Position numbers and translations under genes: made by a program. The notes below the pieces were generated by a model. The model saw only the letters and a list, made by a program, of their open reading frames with translations. It had not been told where the DNA came from and did not search any database. Below, piece after piece: positions 56,951 through 64,000 of a stretch of DNA of 64,000 nt. The stretch comes from Piromyces finnis finn (taxonomy: Eukaryota > Fungi > Neocallimastigomycota). Numbering within the stretch: position 1 is the stretch's first letter; each line of letters starts with the position of its first letter. Location of the stretch: NCBI GenBank assembly GCA_002104945.1, contig MCFH01000002.1:744001-808000 (forward strand), written 5' to 3'.

Positions 56951-59900
56951 TTGCGCTGGCCCTCCTGGCCTGTCTTACTGTTTCTTCAGCATTGACGCTC
57001 TTGGATGTTGCTTCAAACCTTTTGAACATTGACCATTGCTGGCCAATAGCAAAAGGCATGATTTTGGTTAGAAGTTCCGCGGTTACCGTCAAGAATGGTG
57101 TTCCTTCGTTAGTACCAGATTGAATCTGACGCTTACAAAGTTCTTTCCATTCCCTTGAATTGTAATTAATATTGTTAAAACTTCTTCCCCCAAGAAGGAA
57201 TTTAAATATTTTACTGCACACACTAGAATAATCATACACATTAATATTCACCGGATTATTAGAACTATTACTATCATTAACTAAATTACTATCTAAATTA
57301 GAATTATTATCTTCACTATTGCTATCATTACTAATATTATTATTTCTATTACTACTATTGTTATTATTACTATTGTTACTATTACTATTGTTATTATTAC
57401 TATTGTTACTATTACTATTAATATTATTACTATCTCTACTGATATTATCAATTTCATTATTATTGATAGGACTATTGGAATTACGTTGACTGAAAAAATT
57501 TAATAGCTGGACTATGGAATCATAATGTTTAATACGGATATCTCTAAATGTTGGACAATCTAATAACCAATGTTTAATACTTTGATCTCCACACTTGCAA
57601 CATGGACAGTAGTTAGGACAAACTGGATCAACAAATTTGGCAGCTTTGGCAACTCTAGCATCCAACTTGTATCCGCTTCTTGCTTTCAATAGCCAGTAGA
57701 AGCCATAGGCAAACTCTGGGTACTCATAACATAATTTAATAAAATCTTTAGTATCAATAAACTTATTATCATCATAATATTGCGCTTTGATTGAATTCCC
57801 TTTGAGATCTTTCCAATAAAAGTTTTTAACTGCTTTAACATCTCCATGTTTCTTTAGTTTTTTATCAAGTGTCCTACTTGATTTGCACCACGTGTATTTT
57901 CTAAATTTAGGAATGTAATTGACAAGGTGTGAGATAATACAATTTGAGTTTTTCCATTTGTTAAAACATCTAACCTGAGCTAATGCACATTTGGCTGACA
58001 ATGGAGGAATATTCAAATCTTTTGAGATAGAGTATAAAGATATAAACGATACAGCTTTATGAACTCCGGCAACCCATCGTATTCCTTTGTTAACATGCTT
58101 CTGTGCAATCCTAGACCTGGCTTTGTTGGATCCAAGTAATGGTGCAAAGTATGAAACTCTGCTAATCACTTGTGAGTTAAGTACTAGCTTTTTGAAGGGA
58201 ATAGGAATATTAGGATTTCTTAAGAATTTACTGACTGAGAAAAGTCCTTTCAAAACCTTGTTATTAAGAGCTTTAATAACTGGTTTAAGGGACAGATTCT
58301 TATCAAATGGAACACCAAGATAAGTATAACAATCAGTAGTTGGAATGGGTTGTCCTGCTAAGTAAAATGTTGGATCTCTCTTGTTCTGATTTTCTATTGA
58401 TTCAGGACGAATCACCATCGTTGAACATTTCTGGATACCAAATTCCATTTCATTATACAAGGCCCATTCATTAACTCTTCTAAGCATCTTTTTTAAGCAT
58501 CCTCTTGTTGGAGCACAAATAACTATATCATCTGCAAAAAGTCCACCACAGCATCGAGTGTCACCTAAACTGACTCCGAGATCTTCACACTCTTTAAATA
58601 TATCATTAATAAAGAGATTAAAGAGAATAGGAGAAAGAGGGCATCCTTGACGGACTCCTTTCTTCACATCAAAAGATTTCGAGAATTGTCCATCTAATTT
58701 GACATTAGCCTTAGATGTTAAATATAAATTTTTGATGAATTGTAAACTCTTACCTCGGATTCCTAAACAATCTAATTTATGGAGAATATTACCGATTGGG
58801 ACTGAATCGTATGCTTTCCTGAGATCTAAAAAGGCCAAATATGTCTCTTTATTATCTAATTGACGTCTACGGCATATTTCTTGGATTGAAATGAAAAGAC
58901 TGATACTTTCTTCCTTTTTTCGAAAACCAAATTGTTCAGGTCTAATGAAATTATTCTTTAGACCATATTCTGAGATTCTAGTGGTGACAATTTTGGAAAT
59001 CAACTTAATACCATTATTGATAAGTGATATACCTCGATAGTTATCACAATCTGTCAAATCTCCCTTCTTAGGAATAGAAACAATACTGGATTCATTCCAT
59101 GAGTTGGGGAAGTCTCCATCCCAAATACGGTTGTATAATTTAAGAATAAAATTTAAACCATAAGAATCATTATCTGAAGTGGTATTACCGGAAGAATTAT
59201 TATCTGTAGCATTATTAGAATCATTACTTGATGGAATTAATGCTTTGTAAAATTCAATTGGAATACCATCCGGACCTGATGCTTTATAATTCGGAGTAGA
59301 GAGGATAGCTGACTTGACTTCATCAATACTAATATCTTGGTTGATATCCCATTCATCAAGCATAGGGAGTGAAAAACGTTTATTCGTTGGTTCTTCATAC
59401 CAATGCTCCAAATCAAGACTTACGCCACTTGGATCTGATGCAAGATTTTCGAAATGATCATGCCACACATCTAGTTGTTCTTCCGTAGCAACAACTAACT
59501 CTCCATTTTTATTTTTAATTGGTTGAGCAATAAAGAAAGAATCTTTTCCAATTTTTGCAGTTTTCTTGATCCATTTCCAGGCCTTCTTAGGATTATGACT
59601 CTTCATATACTCACATCCTGTTTTAATCCAATGAAGATATTCTTGTTTCCTAAATTCATTACATCTTTTGTGGATGTAATCAATGAGCTTACGGTAGATT
59701 TTAATTCTTTTAATAAATTCATCTATATCATAAATTCTTTCTTTTTTAAATCTCTTATACAACTTCATTTTGATTTTTTGGAGATTAAAAATTTGTTGTG
59801 AAATATGAAATGAAGACTTTATAACATTATTTGCTGAGGTAATACTGAGCTCGTCTGCAATTGAAAAAGCAGTTGAAGTAAATTCTTTGGAAAGATCATC

Positions 59901-61448
59901 TGTAGAAACATTAGGATCGTTGAATTTTGCTGAAAGTATTTGGAATTTATTATGACTGAGAATAGATTCCTTTTCCTCAATACATTTTAATCTATTCCAT
60001 TTCAGAATTTTCTTAGGAACGTTAAAGTCATTAGAAAAATCTTCCATAGGAATAATTTTACCATTAATAAGAAGTGGCTTATGGTCTGATACAGGATAAA
60101 AATTATTTATAAATGATCCTGAGTGAATAAGATCTTTCATCTTCGAATTGATAAGAGCATGGTCAATGTCGGAAGATTGTTCACCTCGAGTCCAAGAGAT
60201 AGTAGACCCTCTAAGCGGAAGAATTTCCCAATCTCCTAATCCATTAGTTGATAACCAGTTGGATAATTTTACTTTAGACATATTAAAATCACCAACAAGA
60301 ATCGATGGATGGGATGAATGAGTTTGTAACCACAAGCGAACTTCTAACTTTGCATGATCAACATAGATGTTGTGATGACTATGAGGCATATAAACATTTC
60401 CAATCGAGCATTTGAATCTATTCCAGAGACTAAAAGTATAAATAGAAATAATATACTTTCCAGAGAAGTTTTCAAGTGAGGCTTGACACGAATTGTGAAA
60501 ACCTAAATATAAACCTCTCATTCCCGGAACTGATTCGTCAGCTTTCTTGAAAAAGTGTCTATAGTTTCGCAAAGTAACACGACAAGGATAATCTGTATTC
60601 GATCCAGAACCATTACCAGTTTCTTGGAAACATAAGAATAATGGTTTGAAAATAGCTGTGAAATAGCTAATACTATCTCTCTTTTCATGATTCCACCCAT
60701 TGGTGTTCCAACTAAGACAAAAAGAAAAGTTATCAGGCTTGTTGGATGAGGAAGAATCGTTGCTATTATTATTATTATTAAAGTCATCGTTATTAATGGA
60801 TGATGCATCAGAGGAATAAGTAGAACTATTACTAGATGGCTGTGAAACTGAAGAACTATCAACTATTGAACTGTTATCAGAGTTGATAGAACTATTAGAA
60901 TTAATTGTTGAATGTTGAGATTGAAATTGTGTTTGCTGTAGATCTGGAATATTTTCATGATGGGAAACTTGTTGAAGATCCTGTTGAAGATCTCGTTGAA
61001 GATCGGATTGTTGATGAGATTGTTGAACTGATTGTTGAACTGATTGTTGAAATGATTGTTGAATAGAATGTTGATGTTTATTAGAAACTAAAATTTTACG
61101 TTTGAGAGTGGAAAAAGTGTATTTGTGATTCCTTCTACTACGAGCTGAAAAGGAAATTGAGGTAACTGAAAGTTTCTTCTTTAACATGTGTAAGATTTTA
61201 ATACAATCTTTTGATGAACCATGAACCTTGACTAAGAAAAAGTGATCATTGAAAGTTTGAAAATATTTAACACTAATAACTGAATTAAATTTATCTTCTA
61301 GAATAACCTCGAGTTTTTCCCATAGCATATTTACTGACCATGATCGAATACCACGGATAAAGAAGGAGCGAATATCATCTAAGGGGATACCATAAGACCG
61401 GGTACCACGTCTGATATAATTCTTATCTTTAATATAAAGGACTGACAT
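56922..61448 (-). CDS. LINE polyprotein (APE + RT + CCHC), copy B
   Basis: Same motifs as copy A; about 15 amino-acid substitutions and a short indel in the Asn-rich tract by eye comparison. Confidence 0.97.
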   Translation of the reverse strand: MSVLYIKDKNYIRRGTRSYGIPLDDIRSFFIRGIRSWSVNMLWEKLEVILEDKFNSVISVKYFQTFNDHFFLVKVHGSSKDCIKILHMLKKKLSVTSISFSARSRRNHKYTFSTLKRKILVSNKHQHSIQQSFQQSVQQSVQQSHQQSDLQRDLQQDLQQVSHHENIPDLQQTQFQSQHSTINSNSSINSDNSSIVDSSSVSQPSSNSSTYSSDASSINNDDFNNNNNSNDSSSSNKPDNFSFCLSWNTNGWNHEKRDSISYFTAIFKPLFLCFQETGNGSGSNTDYPCRVTLRNYRHFFKKADESVPGMRGLYLGFHNSCQASLENFSGKYIISIYTFSLWNRFKCSIGNVYMPHSHHNIYVDHAKLEVRLWLQTHSSHPSILVGDFNMSKVKLSNWLSTNGLGDWEILPLRGSTISWTRGEQSSDIDHALINSKMKDLIHSGSFINNFYPVSDHKPLLINGKIIPMEDFSNDFNVPKKILKWNRLKCIEEKESILSHNKFQILSAKFNDPNVSTDDLSKEFTSTAFSIADELSITSANNVIKSSFHISQQIFNLQKIKMKLYKRFKKERIYDIDEFIKRIKIYRKLIDYIHKRCNEFRKQEYLHWIKTGCEYMKSHNPKKAWKWIKKTAKIGKDSFFIAQPIKNKNGELVVATEEQLDVWHDHFENLASDPSGVSLDLEHWYEEPTNKRFSLPMLDEWDINQDISIDEVKSAILSTPNYKASGPDGIPIEFYKALIPSSNDSNNATDNNSSGNTTSDNDSYGLNFILKLYNRIWDGDFPNSWNESSIVSIPKKGDLTDCDNYRGISLINNGIKLISKIVTTRISEYGLKNNFIRPEQFGFRKKEESISLFISIQEICRRRQLDNKETYLAFLDLRKAYDSVPIGNILHKLDCLGIRGKSLQFIKNLYLTSKANVKLDGQFSKSFDVKKGVRQGCPLSPILFNLFINDIFKECEDLGVSLGDTRCCGGLFADDIVICAPTRGCLKKMLRRVNEWALYNEMEFGIQKCSTMVIRPESIENQNKRDPTFYLAGQPIPTTDCYTYLGVPFDKNLSLKPVIKALNNKVLKGLFSVSKFLRNPNIPIPFKKLVLNSQVISRVSYFAPLLGSNKARSRIAQKHVNKGIRWVAGVHKAVSFISLYSISKDLNIPPLSAKCALAQVRCFNKWKNSNCIISHLVNYIPKFRKYTWCKSSRTLDKKLKKHGDVKAVKNFYWKDLKGNSIKAQYYDDNKFIDTKDFIKLCYEYPEFAYGFYWLLKARSGYKLDARVAKAAKFVDPVCPNYCPCCKCGDQSIKHWLLDCPTFRDIRIKHYDSIVQLLNFFSQRNSNSPINNNEIDNISRDSNNINSNSNNSNNNNSNSNNSNNNNSSNRNNNISNDSNSEDNNSNLDSNLVNDSNSSNNPVNINVYDYSSVCSKIFKFLLGGRSFNNINYNSREWKELCKRQIQSGTNEGTPFLTVTAELLTKIMPFAIGQQWSMFKRFEATSKSVNAEETVRQARRASATNGDHNFVP

Positions 61449-62093
61449 GATAATAAATTCTAATTAAAAAATATTGAATATAAAATAAATACTAATAAAA
61501 ATTACAAATATAACGTATATGGAAAAAAATCTGTCTCTCTCTCTCTTCTTAAAAGTACTGGATAGTACAAAAATTGTTACGATGCTTTGTTTAAAGTTTC
61601 TTATTTTTTGAATTCTAGTTGTAAATTTTCTTTAAAAATTCTAGTTTTGGTTTGTTGTTAGTAAATTCGAATCGCTTTTTGACACTAAACTTGTTTGACT
61701 TTACTTTTCATTAAATATTTAAATTGGTAAAAAATTTGAATCAAGAATGTCGACACCAGAAAGCTTGTGAATAGTATTTTTACATGATGTAGAGTGAATC
61801 AGTCTCTTACAAGAAACAATACAACAATAGCTACATGAATATAAAAGTACAATGCAAATGCTAAAGTTGACTACATTGGATTCTTACAAGAGAAGAGTAG
61901 TACTACATGAATACATGAATAAAAGAAAAAATACAGCAACAAAATGTATTACTCTTCTAATTAAATACTATACAAACTTACCTGAAAAATCAAACATTCA
62001 CTTATTCATCAAATACTTAAATTTGATGAATAAAATGTTTTTTAATCGCTCAGTACCATGAGCTTAGTCCTAATAATTTTCCCTTAAAGACTA

Positions 62094-62340
62094 ACCAAGC
62101 ATCCATTGCGCAATGCTTGGATTTAATTCTTTCTACTCTCTCAGTACCATGAGCATGAGTAGACCCCCTTGAGAAATTACATTTATTAAATAAATGAAGG
62201 CACATTCCTAAGAGGGCACCAAGCATCCATTGCGCAATACTTGGATTTAATTCTTTCTACTCTCTCAGTACCATGAGCATGAGTAGACCCCCTTGAGAAA
62301 CTACATTTATTAAATAAATGAAGGCACGTTCCCAAGAGGG
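62094..62340 (-). repeat. 5' UTR tandem modules of LINE copy B (2 x ~124 nt)
   Basis: accaagcatccattgcgcaat recurs at 62094 and 62218; unit rich in inverted repeats. Confidence 0.92.
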
Positions 62341-63241
62341 ACAAAATTATGATCTCCATTGATTATTGTTGAATTCAATAATAAAAAAATTTACACTTTA
62401 TGTTCTTTTAAAAAGTTCTTCATGATAATAACATATATTTTTACCTTTTAAGAATAAAATAATTTAATTATTTTTTATTTTTTATTTTTTATTTTATTTT
62501 TTTTTTTTTTTTTTTTTTTTTTTATTCTATATTATAAAATTATTAATATATGCAATATTTATATAATTAAAATTCTATAAAATATATTTTTTGCTTATTA
62601 TAATACTATTTTACTTAAGAATATTTTGGTTATTTTTTTTTTAAAAAAAAAAAAAAGTTTTTTATTAACATATAAAATTATCGTTTTATTTTTCTTTTCT
62701 TTTAATATTATTGATAAATATATATTATATAGTTATAAAAGAAAAAATAAAATATTTGATAATTTAAAATTATATTAGCATTATAAAGAAAAGAAAATAA
62801 TACTATTTTTATTTTATAACAAATTCATAAAATTTTTTGTTAAATATTTTTTTTTCAATTCTTTATAATTTTTTGGAATAATATAAATAAAAAGGCATAT
62901 TTTTTTATTTGCAAATATTATATGGCAGGATATAATTTTTTTTTTTTGTATGTGTATGTGTTTGCTTTAAATAAAATATCTTAATGTTTCCCCATTAACC
63001 CATTATTTTATTTTATTTTATTTTAAAAAGATAAGTGATGCTTTGTTATTGTAATTATTAATTGGTAAAGAAAATAAATTTTTTAAATTTTATCCTTTTT
63101 CTTTAATTTTCCTTAAAAGTTTTGGAAATAGAAAAAAAATAAAATTTAATATCAAAATTGTTATATTTTAAGAAAATTATAATTTTTTAATTTCTTTTTT
63201 TTTTTTTTGTATATTAATTATAAATTTAAAAATTAAAAAAT

Positions 63242-64000
63242 TTATTCATCGTCTTCGTCGTCATCATCATCATAATTGTCAAGGTAATTTTGTTGACCAC
63301 TAACATTTAATCTTTTTAAGTCATCAATAATAGAATCATGTACACCTTCAGTCTTACTCATTTCCTTCCAAGTATCAAATTCTTGTTCAGAGAAACTTTC
63401 AAGAATACGTGGGGATCCTGGAGCACTTGGTGGACGTGGAACCTTACGAATCTTACGACCAAGAATAGTTTCTTCACCTTCACTCATAGTTTGTTCATCT
63501 GGAAGAGATTGTTCATCAAGGTTGTTTAAGTTTTGGTCATCTTCTTCTTCATTTTCTAAGGAAGAAATTTCTGGCCATTTTCTTAAAACAGCAACCCATC
63601 TAGCCTTTTGGTATTCAATACCCATACGCTTCCAATCTAATAAGTCACTAAGACGTTCAGTACGGTTACGTTGGTTAATACGTTGACGACGAGTCTTCTT
63701 AGTAAAGTCAAACATACAATTGGCTAATTGTTCAACAGATTCTTCAACACTACAAGTACGACGGTTAACAATGTAAATACCGTAATCGGCTGGGTGAGTA
63801 ATCATTTCTTCCATGAAACAACCGAAACCAGAAAGGTTAGTAGTAATAGATGGAACACCCATAACAGTACATTCAGCTGGAGTGTAACCCCATGGTTCGT
63901 AGTAACTAGAGAAGACACCTAAGTGACAACCACGGACAAATTCTTCGTAATCAAGTGGAAGAATTGGGTTGTTGGAGTTAAGGAATTCTGGGTGGAAGAT
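63242..64000 (-). CDS. GSY: Glycogen synthase (GT3), 5'-partial; gene continues right of window
   Basis: Frame is open from 64000: [97 protein letters not shown]. Codon usage (TTC, AAC, TAC, CGT) looks like that of a highly expressed gene. Confidence 0.97.
   Translation of the reverse strand: MFHPEFLNSNNPILPLDYEEFVRGCHLGVFSSYYEPWGYTPAECTVMGVPSITTNLSGFGCFMEEMITHPADYGIYIVNRRTCSVEESVEQLANCMFDFTKKTRRQRINQRNRTERLSDLLDWKRMGIEYQKARWVAVLRKWPEISSLENEEEDDQNLNNLDEQSLPDEQTMSEGEETILGRKIRKVPRPPSAPGSPRILESFSEQEFDTWKEMSKTEGVHDSIIDDLKRLNVSGQQNYLDNYDDDDDEDDE

Larger units (their letters stand above)
56640..62361 (-). mobile_element. Full-length APE-type non-LTR retrotransposon (LINE), copy B, with ~A43 tail
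   Basis: Near-identical to copy A with an intact 1508-aa ORF. Its poly-A abuts the 5' end of copy A. It has two complete 5' modules and the complete 5' tag. Confidence 0.96.

Noticed and set aside
61852-62061. Antisense 69-aa ORF in the LINE leader (ORF0-like)
   Set aside because: The equivalent in copy A shifts frame and stops early, so it is not conserved between otherwise near-identical copies.
62097-62116. Similarity of gcattgcgcaatggatg to the U4 5' end and U6 TGCGCAAGGATG
   Set aside because: Only a ~12-15-nt partial match, explained by a local palindrome; no flanking snRNA sequence.
62094-62340. Hammerhead or HDV ribozyme call for the 5' modules
   Set aside because: CUGAGAG and GAAA are present but do not form the CUGANGA/GAAA/UH core; no HDV P3-L3 (UCCUCG-like) pseudoknot found by eye.
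62361-62385. Target-site duplication flanking the array
   Set aside because: Only ttcaat (6 nt) is shared with the left flank and it is offset ~10 nt from the element end; not convincing.

Overview
Very AT-rich, intron-containing eukaryotic DNA. Fungal-type housekeeping genes together with an axonemal dynein point to a zoosporic fungus, most likely an anaerobic gut fungus (Neocallimastigomycota); this is an inference from composition and gene content. In order, the window holds: the 3' part of a GYF/Smy2-like gene, an orphan membrane protein, an orphan Zn-finger/TM protein, SIN3 with a large Asn/Met repeat, a C2/C1/RasGAP gene, a small gene split by a one-base frame break, INTS6, POP1, THOC1 and DNAH1. 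An ~11.6 kb head-to-tail array of APE-RT non-LTR retrotransposons follows (one 3' stub plus two intact full-length copies), then the 3' part of glycogen synthase. The most unusual object is the LINE family. It has a single ORF with a probable RRM-like N-terminus and 5' tandem structured modules. It also has a 24-nt 5'-terminal tag identical to the 5' arm of a stem-loop spanning the stop codon; the two copies differ in that stem only by pairing-preserving changes. Exon boundaries were inferred by eye and no database searches were run.
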